NCBI GenBank assembly: GCA_964035545.1
Contig: OZ037771.1
Location: 10,668,480-10,732,479 of the forward strand
Direction: 5' to 3'
DNA length: 64,000 nucleotides
Source of the DNA: Bugula neritina
Taxonomy: Eukaryota > Animalia > Bryozoa
Positions 49,968 through 63,780 of this stretch are shown one piece after another. The notes beneath the pieces are model-generated. The model made no database searches and was not told the DNA's origin. It saw only the letters and a list, made by a program, of their open reading frames with translations. Position numbers and translations under genes: made by a program. Position 1 is the stretch's first letter, and each line of letters starts with the position of its first letter.

Positions 49968-51190
49968 GGTCTCTGGTAAAAATGGCACAGGCAAATGTTA
50001 GCACAGGTAAAAATGGCAAAGTAAAATTGGCGCAGGTAATAATGGCACCAGCAATTTCATAGCACAAATGGGATAGTTATAGGTTTAATGTGACACATTC
50101 TTAATATATTCGGGTTTTAGGTTCGGAATGAAATGAGTGGGGGACTGGAAATTAGGGGTTTGAGGCTGGAGTTGGAAGTGGGGCTTAATTTTGTGGGGTT
50201 TGGGTTTGGGTAAATATAACGTCAGTGTGCCATTTTACTTACTTTTCCATTTCTGCCAAAATGTTTTCCATGCCGTTGCTTATTGTGTCAATGTTGTTTG
50301 TGCCATTTATAGCGTGCCACTTTCATCTATATACAATCAAATAAATGTAATGGACATAGTATACATTAGAAATTGCTGCAAGAAAATTGACAAACACTGC
50401 ATAATGTAGGCAAGATCTAGAGCAGTTTTCAAAAGCTGCCTAATAAGTATTGTCTAGGCAGACTAACTCCAAGTCTTCAAGTGTTGAGAGAATAAACAAA
50501 TGTGTATCAGAGACTACGTCAGTCAGTTTTATCTAAACTCAAAGTATAACTATATATAGTAACTTTCCAGAGGGTATAATAGCTGTCATAATATACTGCT
50601 GCATGACGTACAAGATAGGCAGCTGGACTTTCACAGCTGGTTGTTTACAATTCTATCTTCTTTTCCTCACCATGCATTTAATTAAATTGTAAATATAATA
50701 TTATTAAGGTGCTGTTAGCTACAATATATCATAGTATATAGTTGACACATATACAAATATATATAGTATAGTTGGTACAGGTACAAATAGCACAAGTAAT
50801 AGTAGCACAAATAAAAGAAGTAAGTTAAAAGGAATGCTGATGTTAATTTTACCCAATTCCCAAACCCCAATAGACTCTAATTCTACGTACCCAAACCCCT
50901 CACTCTTAGCCCACCAATACCAATCACCAAACCCCTACCCCTCGCTTCCAACCTGTCCCTCTACCACAAACCAAAACCACTATACTGCTAACCCCATAAC
51001 CCCAAATCCTATAGCTTTCAAATCTCTCAACCCCAAACCCTCAAAGCCTTCCCTATAATATACTTGCAGCTTCAACCCCAAATCACACTATTTAAAATGT
51101 GATATTTTCGCATAATTTTCCAGTTGTGCAATTAATAATTACCTGTGCAAATTTACTTGTATTATTTGTATTGTGCCATTTTAACTAGTG
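49968..51190. mobile_element. Two related MITE-like elements in opposite orientation (~49968-50330 and ~50770-51190)
   Basis: Subterminal tandem aaaatggcacag motifs with the complementary gtgccatttt at the other end. The core is G-rich in the first and C-rich in the second. Confidence 0.5.
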
Positions 51191-51881
51191 CAGCTGTAAA
51201 TTTATTTCCGATATTTTTTTCCAAACATCATATATACAACTTCTCACATCATATAATAGCAAGTTGAATTATTAATATAGCTGATGCCATAACCGAATGA
51301 TGTAATATATAGATGACATGGTGATAGGAGGAACAATGTGGTATAATATTAGAGTTGTCTCCCTTGGAAATGTAGTCACTTTAAGGGCTGGAAATGACTG
51401 GAAAATGCTTATGGATCACTGAGTGTATATATTGATTTAATGCTTTGGTCCCCATCTTTAAAAGATTCTCTTTAGCCTACTTTGAAGATACTTGGTTTTA
51501 AATTATTTTCAGCCTTCAAATATTTTGCCCTTTTGGTTTCAAGTCAGGTAATTGAACTATTCGATGGTATTGATGTACTGGATATTTGTTTATTAATAGA
51601 TAGACCCGGTGTTTTGCATATATTAGCAAGAATTACGTTCTGTCAAATCTAGACTCATTTGTTAACTGCTGATTTATTCATAAATTTCCCAAAAAACCCT
51701 TGGCAATAAAATAACTAAGCATGCAGGAGTTTCTAGCTGTGATATGGTTTAGGGAGCGCAAAGCATTGGTTTCCAGTCTATCTACATTTAGTAGCCCAGA
51801 CTGTTTACTAATTGCACACGTACCTACAGAAACAGTTTTGCATTGTGAAATACTCTTCACTGCTAAAAGACGCATGTTGAG

Positions 51882-52330
51882 GGTGTCATCCCAGATAGAA
51901 GCTTCCCAGTTAGGCGATATTAATTTTTATTGGTACAGTATATATTTTGTGTGTAATTTATTCAAATACTATTTACATATACGTCTGTTTAAATAAAGCA
52001 CGTATTGAGCATATAAATAAATTTCTTTGATCTGTATCAACATATATAAATTTTACTTTTTTTGCATTTTTTGAACATATATTTTGTTAATGAGTATTCA
52101 TTAATTAATGATAATGTTTATTATTATTATATTACTGTTTTTTGTCTCACACAAATTTATTAAAATTGGAATATCATTCTAGATAATCCATGTTAGCTAT
52201 TGTAGCTATTAGAATTTTAGATATTTAGCAATCAATGCAACAGTTATATAGTTATATTACTATATAGTTGTATAGCACCAAAATAAAAAAGAAGCGTCTA
52301 ACTGGGAAGCGTCTATCTGGAATGAAACCG
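51882..52330. mobile_element. MITE with ~35-bp TIRs
   Basis: ggtgtcatcccagatagaagcttcccagttaggcg ... cgtctaactgggaagcgtctatctggaatgaaacc. The same terminus occurs near 22014. Absent from the paralogous block near 61070. Confidence 0.7.
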
Positions 52331-53116
52331 TACTAAATGTCATATCTTTAGCATTTTCATTAATAAAGGAAAGAGGGTAGTGTCCATGACCAGTCAAACT
52401 GGGGTCATGACCCTGAGTTAATTCACCATTAAACTGCCTATAGAGTTGATGATTATATTTCGATGTTTGAAGAGGTAAACTTCTCAGCTAATTCTTGCAG
52501 TTAGTAGGATGTACTGAACAAGTTTAAATGCTATCAGAAATAAGAAATAAGTAAGAATTGATAGTAAAATTTATTGTTTTGAATAATGATTATTCAGGCC
52601 ATAGTGTTTTATATAAAGTAGAAACTGTTTTCAAGATCTTGGTTTTAATGGTCATAGGAAAACTAGAAACAGTTACATATTATAAAGTATATATAATCAA
52701 TGCGTATGCTTCATTCTCTACCATAAACAATGATAGGCAAATAATACCATATATACATTCTAGCTTGGGATATAACTATTATATAAAACAAACTCTTAGT
52801 ATGCCCAGAATTTATCGGAATTGTCCAACTATTAAAGGTAGTACATACATACATACATACATACATGTATATACATATACAGTGTATACACATAAATTCT
52901 ATGAACATCATAAAAACATATGAAAAAAAAGTGATTCATTTTTATTTAAGATTAGGAAAACTATACAGCTGTGCTTTAGCAAAATAGATAGTAAATTAGG
53001 CTTCTGCTGTAACACATTGCTTAAAATATTACATAATAATATGGCACCTGGTAAGAATATAAAACTTTCTCAACAAGAAGTTTTGTCAAATCTTCTTAAT
53101 ACTCAATTAAATCAGT

Positions 53117-56100
53117 TCACTCACTGCTTTCTGCCCACCTCCCTCTAAACTTCAACATGACAGGCTCAGCAGGCAACATGGTAACAACCCTAGCTTGAAA
53201 CTTCAATGGTCTTTCCTAGCATCAAAGTGAAAAAAGAAGTTTTACAAAACAGTGCAGCTTTTTAAAAACAGTAAACCCTTCTTTCCTGTAAGTTTAATTA
53301 GTCTATTTATTATGAATACTAGCAAAATTCTAAAATATGCTCTCAAACTTTGCACTTACGGGTGTCTTCTCACATCTCTCAATAATAAATGATTTGAGAA
53401 CAGAAACTACAGCTATCTTCATTTCTATCAGTGCAAGGCGACTCCCAATACATTGTCTTTTTCCAATTCCAAAGGGAAAGAAAGCGTTTGAGCATTGAGT
53501 TGTAAATCTCTCTGGTGAAAATCTACAGTATAAAACTATAGTTATGCTAATGAGCTATGGCTTTGTTCTAAGAGCTCTGTCTCTTATTGAGAAAGAGTTT
53601 ATCCCACAATCACAGAAAACTTTAAAATCTTGTCTTTCTGGGAGTCTGAAGGGTGAAGGGTGTCTGGTAACTCATTAGAGTTCACTTACACTGTATATTT
53701 ACTCTGTATACTTACTCTGTATACTTACTCTGTATACTTACACTGTATACTTACTTTGTTTACTTACACTGTATACTTACTTTGTTTACTTACACTGTAT
53801 ACTTACTCTGTATACTTAGACTGTGTACTTACTTTGTTTACTTACACTGTATACTTACTTTGTATACTTACACAGTATAATACTTACACTGTATACTTAC
53901 TCTGTATACTTACACAGTATAATACTTACTCTGTTTACTTACACTGTATACTTACTTTGTTTACTTACACTGTATACTTACTCTGTATACTTACTCTGTA
54001 TACTTACGCTGTTTACTTACACAGTATAATACTTACACTGTATACTTACTCTGTATACCTACACTGTATACTTACACTGTATACTTACGCTATATACTTA
54101 CTCTGTATACTTACACTGTATAACAATTACTCTGTATACTTACGCTATATACTTACTCTGTATACTTACACTGTATAACAATTACTCTATATACTTACAC
54201 TGCATACTTACGCTATATACTTACTCTGTATACTTACACTGTATACTTACTTTGTTTACTTACACTGTATACTTACTCTGTATACTTACTCTGTATACTT
54301 ACACTGTATACTTACTCTGTATACTTACACTGTATACTTACTCTGTATACTTACTCTGTATACTTACGCTGTTTACTTACACTGTATACTTACTCTGTAT
54401 ACTTACACAGTATAATACTTACTCTGTTTACTTACACTGTATACTTACTTTGTTTACTTACACTGTATACTTACTCTGTATACTTACTCTGTATACTTAC
54501 ACTGTATACTTACGCTATATACTTACACTGTATACTTACACTGTATACTTACGCTATATACTTACTCTGTATACTTACACTGCATACTTACAATTATACT
54601 GTAACACACTACAAACAGTTTGAATTGGCGTAATAGTAAAATGCTGCGCTTAAACATTCTAATCATAAAAATATAATCCAACATTTACAATGAAGGTGAG
54701 AAATAATTAGTACCAGCTCTATGTACAGTACCATGGACATTGAGCCTAACAACCTCATGTATGCAGAGAAAATGTATTATAGAATCGGAATGCTTGGGTA
54801 TATACTACCCTGAAGTTGTATTTAGTTGATAATCAAAGTATATGTGAACAACGTAATATTGAATAAATGTGGATGTATAAAGAAGGCTTTTAAGTAGCAA
54901 TATAAAAACACTTAATTTACCTCTCCGGAACAAAATCTTCTGGGTTTTCCCAAATATTTGGGTCTCGATGAATCACCCAGTTGGATGCAGTTACTACTGT
55001 ACCTTTTGGAACAAAGATGTCTCGAACAGTTATATCTTGAGACGCGACTCGTTCAAATCTAATGAGAGATAATAAATTTTAAGAATTTAGTTAAAACAAA
55101 ATACCTTAATTAAATTTTGAAGCCTTTCAATGCTGCTCCAATCAAGTCTTGTTTTACTAAATAAAAGATAAAAGCTGCTTACAGTATAATGATTTTTTTT
55201 CATTTAATTTAATCACCTGTAAAGCTTGGCTATATTTGAAAAAGTTAAGCCAAGTTGAAATATTTCCAGGTAAATTAAAACAAAGTAACAAAATGAGTTA
55301 TAAGCTAAGACTGGAATATTACTTCACGCAAAAATGACTTTTTACATTTATATCGCTGCCGTAAATGTTCCTTAATGTGTAGACAACTACCTACTTAAGA
55401 TGATATCAGACATAACTGACTATCTGCATAATATAAACATCTTTCTGTTATTATGAAAAGTTTCTTCAAGCATTTGTAAGCAAGTAAACAACCTTTTAGT
55501 ATAATTATTTGAGGGTTACACTTACCTCGCCCCATGTGGATAAAGTCGTAACACTTCATTCACACAGTAACTAAGATAAGTAGCATGACTCAGCTGTTCG
55601 GGAGCTATCTTATCTGTAGTGAAGATTCTGGAAATCTCTTCATAGAGCTACAAAAATAACTTTTATGATTGAGTATAAAAGTAGGATTCTACAATTTCGT
55701 AAGATAAATTATACCCATATTTAAAAATAAAAGTGCAAACCGCTTTTTGTCCTACAGTTATTAGAACTAGAATGAGTATAAAAATGAAAGCTGCTAATTT
55801 CGCTTCATAGTAAAATTCTGCATACATTAAAATATTGCACAAAATCCAAATACAAATGTTAGTCTTTAAGTAATGATGGCAGATACTGGTTCAAATAAGA
55901 TTTAGTTACTTAACTTCGATCAATGATTTGCTTACATGCAATACATGTATCTTTACTGAAAGATTATAACTGTTTGGTGAATGGCACGTAACAACATTAC
56001 CTCCTTTTGAACATTGGGGTGACAGGCCAACTCATAGAATATTAAAGACAAAGTATGGGTTGTAGTTAACTAGCCAACCAAGTGGAGCAGAATTGTGTTG

Positions 56101-59100
56101 GCCACCACCTCCTTTCTAGTGAGCCCTACAATAAAATTTTCTATACGAACTGCAAAGCCCATCAATTTGAAAATTATGCATTGGAGCTATATCTGACAAA
56201 AAGTAATACTATACCCTCAGGAAATGATTAAGTAGTACAGTAAATTTAAAGTAAAATTGGCAAACAAATTAAATTCATAAAGAACTTTTTATTGAAACCA
56301 CTGGTGACAACTTGATCAATTTGTGAGTTGAAAAATGATGACTAATTTATTACTAATAGTAGAGATTTTTATTCATATAAATGATTCCAATCTTGATCTT
56401 AACATGGTTTTGTACAGTATCACTACAATTCTGAATACAGAGAAAAAATATTTTTTCACTATAATTTCTTTACACCACACAGGTTACTATATAGCAAACT
56501 AATCATGCTTTAACAGAATATATTCTTGAACATGGGTACTCACCATCTTTGCTCCAATTTACCCCTGAAGAACTCCTGAGAGTGTTTGGACTTTCAGCAG
56601 GAGCCTCGACAATGTGATCTGTCAAAGATTGCACCAGGCTATTGTCTGGAGACTCTTTTATCTGGTTTTCAAGAAGAGTCTTGTACAGAGTTTTAAAGTA
56701 TTCAAAGGATTTTGGATTTGAAATGAACAGAGCTTTGATATCAAGACGTTTGAGCAGCCACACTGGTACATGCACTGAAACAGCAGACAAGAAATATGAA
56801 AGTTTAGAAAGTGGTAGTAAAGTGCTACCTGTAGTATAGTGAGTTTATATATTGAGCACATACATGTTTACAAGTTTATAAGTTCAGACCCTTAAATAGC
56901 TGTTGATAATTCAAGAAGGTTATAATTAGGTTATAATTGCTCCTGTGCTATAAAATATCCCCCCCCCCCCAGTCAAACCCACAAAGAGAGAACTAGACAG
57001 AGAAACTCAAAACTCCATGTGCTACAGTAGAATCAAGACTTGGTCTTTAAACTCGAGGATGAGTTGAGGCTACAGCAGGGTTAGACTAAATTCTCGTGAT
57101 CTCAAGAAATTTTTTTCTTTTGCAATTTATCAATAAATTAAGACTATCATGGCAAAAGTAATACTCGTCATCAAAAAGTTTTGCAATGTGAATCTTATTG
57201 CATTTTAATGTAAAAGTTTAGTTAAACTTCCTTACCAAAAACGAATGAACTTAATGCTAGTCGAAGTTTTTCCTTGAGACTGACTTTGTCACTTTCACCG
57301 TTTACTATTCTTGCAGCGTGTAAAGCTATCTGACTGTTTCTGTTAGTCTGTGCATCACTTTCCAGGCCACAGACAATCCTCGAGAAACTATCCAGGTTGA
57401 AACGAGCTATTTTCCTGCGAGACAAAAAGTATTTATATCACAATTGCTGTTTTACATAAAAAAATTCTTAGAGCATGATGTAATGCAGTATATAGATTTT
57501 GCTATGCTGTATAATATCTTAGACAAGACCGAAAGAGTTGGCTAGAATAAAGTTGTTTATCAAAATAGATGAGTTAATCAGATGAGAAGAGTTAAATAGA
57601 CTAAAGGATTTTGTTATTTCAGTTTAGTTTGGTTGAATCATTAAGAATGGAATTTTAGCTATAGATAATTACTAGCAAATAAAACAATTGAATAATTTAA
57701 TAAAATTATGAAAGCAATACATAAATGAAAGCTAATAATAAACTTACTTGTGTATGTTTACTGGCTCTCCCTTGTAACCTTTTCTTAGAGATACAAAAGT
57801 GTCTGTTGCCTTCTGAATTTCTGGTATCATCTACATGTTTGTTGGAATAAACTTGGATAATATTTGATAAAGATACATGGATACATATAATTGTGAATAA
57901 AGTAGCTTTAGATAACAAATATAATATAGAGATGCATATTAAACATGATAATATAGGAGAAAAGTTAGAGATACAAAATTTACATTCGTTAATAGAGATA
58001 AAAGGCTTTAAAAAACTAACAGTTATAGTTTTACACTTTTTATTCAGCAAATTTAAATTTAAAAAACAATCAAATTAATTTTTTTCAAATTTTTTGGCCA
58101 GGCCTAACTATAAGACTTGATTTTCTACCTTTTTGAGTTTTCCAGTAGTAAATTCTAAAGCCAGGATTCTTCTTACATGCTGCCAATGTTCTCCTTGTAA
58201 ATTAGGCAGCTTATACGCTGACAGGGGGGTCACTGAGAGCTGTCGTGTGTTGGTAAAGACAGAAAAGTTGTTGACAAGAGCTTCCTTCAGCCAATCAGCG
58301 TCATACACCATCATCACAGGCAACACTCCCTCAAAAGTTCTAAAATCATGTGTGATTTTTAGTATGACACTGCCAGGACATGTAAAGCAGGCTATTGGTG
58401 ATGTTAGGAAGAGCATATAGTCATATTTCAGCCCACTTTAACAAAAGCCCTTTTCCATCAAAGCTTCTAATAGGCATAGTGACCATAAACCTGTGTGAGT
58501 TACACTGCATCATAATAATATAGTGTATTAAAATTTGCCTGCATTACATTAGTATATATATTATATACAATAATATTCTATTACATAAGCTAGTTTGGCG
58601 GAAATAGTTTAATTTAAAAATTAATTTAGAGAAAGTAAAATAAATGCATTGCAACAGAAAGACAAAATGAGATACTTTTAATTTGCTTCAAAAAGAGACT
58701 AACTAAATAAATTACTCTCCCCACTCATCTAAATTATTCACTCGGATTTTAGTGACTTGTCAACTCAAGTCACTAATGCTAATTAAAAAAACTATTCTTT
58801 GCTATCATGGCGCAACTAGTGGCCTGAAAGAAATGCTAACAATTATCGTATAATATGTGTAATGCCCAACTCTTACTTGATAGCATGGCACTTTATTTAT
58901 AGGTCTATATTGCTAAACTAACTTAAATTAAACTAGAAAAGAAAATATTTTAGTAAAAAGATAATAAACTATTTTAGCAAAGCAAAATTTTCAAACACAT
59001 GCTTTTCTGGCATGTTTTAGGTTTGAAAGAACACAGAAGTAATAACGCAATTAGTTAACAAGTATAGTCTAAAGTTAAACTGATAACGAGAATGTATACC

Positions 59101-60057
59101 GAGAGAAAATTATTATCTTTGTTTTCAGAGCTTACCTAACAAATTTGCCATATTGTTTGTACATTTTCATATCTCCAGCCATCAAAGACTGTAAAGGAAG
59201 ATAAATGTTTATGAACTACTTTTACCAACACATCAACTTGCTGAAAGTTTAAAGAAATGTTGTAATTAGGTTTAGTTTACCAAGAGTTATTATTCAAATT
59301 AACAAAATGAAACAAATATATTATGGCAATAAAAGCATGAATTCCATTGACAAAAGATTTGTTGAAAAATATTTGACGTAACTAACATCTTCTATATAAA
59401 TCTCCATTGTTGTACCAATAAAAGGCCAAGCCCTTGGCCCAGGAATCTTAGATCTGTGGAAGTGGCTGTAGACCTTTACATAGTACCTGAAAATACTATC
59501 AGTTCTTTTTATTAGCATCTTCAGCCAATCAGTTAGCACTAAAAGCTTTAGATATTTATATTAGCATACAGAATAAATGATCAACAACAAAAACTTGGTA
59601 GTTTAGCCAAATATACAAATTACAGTCCCATTGTATATTGGCAGATATTTTGCTATAGACAACATTTGGTATACTTAGTGCTGTTGAAATTATAGTATAA
59701 ATTATGATAGTCAAATATGCCATGTATTGAAATTTCCTAGAGTATTTTAGATTCAAGTCACGATATAGTACATACAGATATTATTCAGCTATGATACAAG
59801 AAAATACATATCAAATTAAACCAAGCTACATAAAAATTTTTTAGCAGCTTGTATTAATTTTCACACATGAAAAATACTGTTTAGTAAATATTATCCACAT
59901 AAACTAAATTAAAATAACTAGACTGTGGAGAAAGTTGAACTGTAATGATACAGGAATTGCTTTGTAATATATAAAAATAAACTTACAGAGAAAGCAGTAA
60001 TACTAGAAGTGCTGTAAGAATGGTAAATATTGAAGAGTCAAATCCTTCGACTATCAT
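53117..60057 (-). pseudogene. Cytochrome P450, clan 3 (CYP3-like), 12 exons, single in-frame TAG
   Basis: Exons 60057-59987, 59486-59387, 59188-59136, 58339-58129, 57830-57748, 57414-57236, 56774-56544, 56125-56001, 55647-55526, 55058-54921, 53522-53360, 53215-53117 (525 codons). Membrane anchor, IPGP, WQHVR, EVLR, PERF and FGIGKRQCIG present. Exon sizes 71, 53 and 163 nt as in CYP3A genes. TAG at 56070-56072. Confidence 0.9.
53680..54600 (-). repeat. ~13-bp minisatellite (tatacttacWctg)n in P450 intron 10
   Basis: Roughly 60-70 units. Reads cagWGTAAGTATA on the P450 sense strand. Confidence 0.95.
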
Positions 60058-60679
60058 TCTGACTTGAAGATTCAGTTGTATTTATATGAACCTGTCAGGA
60101 AGTAGTTTGACTATAGTTAGAGCACCAGTTACTAATCTAAGTTGGTGCGCATAAAACAATTAGAACACTGTGGTGAAATAGCAAAAGCCTTTATGTAGTA
60201 CCAGAATGATTAAAATTCTATATATGCTCAAATATTATGACTTTTTTTATCGAAATTTGGCAAAGTTGCCACTTTCACTGCCACACCTGACAGCACATTA
60301 TAAATGTCACCGACTCTATTTGCACAGTTTTTGACTAAACAGTTCTATAATGGATGCCTTCCAGCAATTTGGAATACACAAGTAGTTTAGCTTTACATAA
60401 ATTTCCTTTCAGCAGTTTATGTGATGAATATATTATTCAAGTTCTTTTACCAAAAGAAAAAACTGTTGAGAAAATAATAATTTTTGAAATTTCATGCAGT
60501 GTTACATAATTCCTTACAGAAATTTATGAGAAAAAAATCAGATCACTGTTGAGATAGTTTGTTGAGAATTGAATGCTAACTGTTAAACTACGCTATTATA
60601 TTTCAAGCTTTATTATTCTTTGTATTCTTCACATTAATTTTTGAGTTGTTACAAATTATTTTCAATGCATTTCAGAGAA

Positions 60680-61390
60680 ACTTGGTTTTAACAACAATTA
60701 TTTTTGGTCTTCAAATCTTTTGCACTTTTGGTTTCAAGTCAGGTCATTGAAATTTTCCCTGGTGCAGACACACTAGACATTTGCTTGTTTATAGAAAACA
60801 TACATTCTTTTATTTTGCATATATTAGTAAGAATAAATCACCAGCTGTCAAATCTAAACCCATTTGTCAACTGGTGATTATTCATAAGTTTACCAAAAAA
60901 TCCTTGGCCGTGGAATAACTAAGCATGAGTTTCTAGCTACATGTATGACATGGTTCAGGGATCGAAAAGCATTGGTTTCCAGTCTGTCTACATTTAGTAG
61001 CCCAGAGTGTTTAATGAGTGCACACGTACCTACGGAAACAGTTTTGCATTGTGAAATACTCTTCACTGGTACAATACACATGATAATAAATGGCCTATCA
61101 ATGTGGAGTAAACCTTCAACCAGTTCAGCATCTCCATAAATAAAGGGAAGAGGTTAGTGTACATATTATATAGTATATACATATAAATTCTATGAACACC
61201 ATAAAAACATATGAAAGGCAATTGATTTAAAATAGATAGTATATGGCACTTGGTAAGAATATAAAACTGCCTCAGCAAGAAGTCTTGTCGAATCCTCTTA
61301 ATACTCAACTAGATCAGTTCACTCAGTGCTTTCTCTCTGCCTCTTTTTAAACTTCAACATGACAGGCTCAGCGGGCGACATGATAACAAC
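60680..61390 (-). pseudogene. Remnant of a tandem P450 paralog (partial last exon plus 3' flank)
   Basis: VIMSPAEPVMLKFKKRQRESTE* matches the last exon VTMLPAEPVMLKFRGRWAESSE*. The flank duplicates ~52880-53120 and ~51490-51865. Confidence 0.8.
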
Positions 61391-62857
61391 TATAGGAATT
61401 CCCAAGTTAAGTTATATATTTGCATGTAATCTGAATTTCAACTGCATGATTCAGATATTAAACTGAAACAGTTCACTATTTTGATTTAAAATTTACACAA
61501 TTAACATTTTTATAGTTACATTATATTTACTTGACTGCTAGGAAGTTATATACTAAGATTACTTTTTGAGGCTACCTTAAGGAGTTGTATAATAATGTAA
61601 ACAGCAGAACTCTCAATTACCAAATACAGTTTAATACTCATTGGTTACAAATGATCTGATAATCTGTAGACTCTGTAATACCAGAGCTGTTGTGTAGTGA
61701 AAAGTGTACATCACACAGGTACTGTATGATCAGCTACTTTACCTTAACTCATACACATGTATAGCAGATTATAATATAAGAAATATATAATATAATCATA
61801 TATTTAGGTCTGCGTGATGTAGTGTTGGTGAGTTTTCTAGCTTCCACATAGTAAAGTGTGCAACATTCCGGGCGGTTGAAAGATGAAACAACTTATAGCA
61901 GAAACAGATGTTGTTCTGATGCAAGAGAACTGACAAACTATAGCCAGAGATCTCACCTTTTTATAAGGACAAGTCTTTATTTCCCCCTTAATTTATTCAA
62001 CCAGTTTAAATATTTAAATAGAACATACTTCTAGTTTTTATGCTGAAAAAGATTCTTTGAAACATAAGGCTTGCTATAATATGCTATGAACAGCATTACA
62101 TGCAATTCAATTATATAATAATCATCTCTTAGTTCACTCAGGCTACCCCAGGCTTTGTGGTTAGGAACGCTTGGGTTTGTAGATTGCTTGCTGCTCGACC
62201 TGTTGCTATATACCTCATTTATGCTCGCTTGTATAAAGTAAAGTGACACAATATGACGTTAAATTTGCCCATAGTTCAATTCTCAACAAACTCAAACCAC
62301 AACCTCTTCTTAATGAGATGTTTTACTCTCTCCCACTGACTTTATGCTGCCTCTCCAAATATTCAAATAGAAAACGGATTTTTATTTTTTTCAGCTGAAA
62401 AGGATTCATTTAGAAATAAAAAGCCTGCCATAATTTACTATATTAATCTGCACTACGATCCATTTACATATAATTTATCACAATAATATAAAATTATATA
62501 TACTACGTATTATATTTATGAAAAAAGGAAAGAATTGAAACAGATATTATATATTTGTGGAATAAAAACTTGCCTTAAGATGAGTAAATTTTAAACTACG
62601 CTCCTGAAGTTTATTTTCTAACAGTCTCAAAAATTATATTAAGTAGATAATATTCTAAACAGATACGGCTTCTAATAAAAGCATAAAAATTACTTGCATA
62701 TATCATAAAAATAAGATAACTCTAATTATGTTCAACACACATCTTTCTGATGGGAACTAACATATGCTGTTAGTGAGTTGATACAAAGTTTGTAACTTTG
62801 CTAGATACACTTCATTTGTGGAAAACATTCACTTCAGGTGGACGTTACACAGAAAAG

Positions 62858-63046
62858 ATGTGGTGGTACATAGCTGTAAGTAAAATTTATATTTTTTGTA
62901 ACACTCAAAATTTATTACTTCTTTTGTGTTTTGAAATTTCAAGTATTAGGCATATATAAATTTTGAATATTATCATAATAATATATGTTTTAGATTCTGC
63001 TGGTAGTCTGTGGACGGACAACTGCTGATAGGAATAATGAAACAAA
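62858..63046 (+). CDS. Possible first coding exons of a secreted or membrane protein gene (signal peptide)
   Basis: Exons 62838-62875 (ttcag|...|gtaagt) and 62994-63046 (tttag|...|gtaagt) join as MWWYIA|ILLVVCGRTTADRNNET. The rest would lie outside the window. Confidence 0.5.
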
Positions 63047-63508
63047 GTAAGTGTAGACTACATGGTTATGTTGATATATACATATGAACTGTCTTTACAC
63101 ATAGTTTTATATGCAAGATATGTAATTATTATTGTTGCTATGGTTAAGTGCCTTAATTTACTCTCTATATAATTATATATTATATTATCAAATATTATGT
63201 ATTCATTATAGAGCTGCTATTTGTGTCAACTAACTTAGAATTGATAAATATAAAAATATAGTTGAATTTTCCATAAAATATTTACTGAATAAATTGTGAA
63301 ATAATTTTTTATATGCATTAAAGCTTTTTGGCTTATTTTACTTAATTTAGTACACACTGAAAATCTCTTGTTTTAGCTATTTTTTACAATTTAGCTGCTA
63401 ATGAATATGGGTTTCCGCCCAAAACTAGTAAAATATATTCAGGACCCGAAACCTTGTTACAGTATTACTGGTTAATTTCAGTTGTACATACTTTAAAGAC
63501 ACTTTTAG

Positions 63509-63611
63509 ATAAAAGACCGTAATGATCCGAGGTTGGCAGAGGCAAGACAACTCTTGAAAAGAATAGAAGAGCGTAAGCTGTATCAAAGAGTGGCACATGC
63601 TACATATAAAA
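63509..63611 (+). pseudogene. Inverted copy of SAMHD1-like exon 8 with flanking intron sequence
   Basis: ag|[34 protein letters not shown]|gtatgag. Matches 1703-1601, including ~70 bp of upstream intron. Confidence 0.88.
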
Positions 63612-63664
63612 GTATGAGTTTGTCTTTCAACATACATGTAGTTTACATTACGTAATACAACAAC

Positions 63665-63780
<116 letters not shown>

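Noticed and set aside
53660-54623. 172-aa and 123-aa hydrophobic repeat ORFs
   Set aside because: Stop-free translations of the 13-bp intronic minisatellite.
56070-56072. Stop-codon reassignment or readthrough explaining the P450 TAG
   Set aside because: No other in-frame TAG/TAA in ~880 host codons read here, so a point mutation or sequencing error is simpler.
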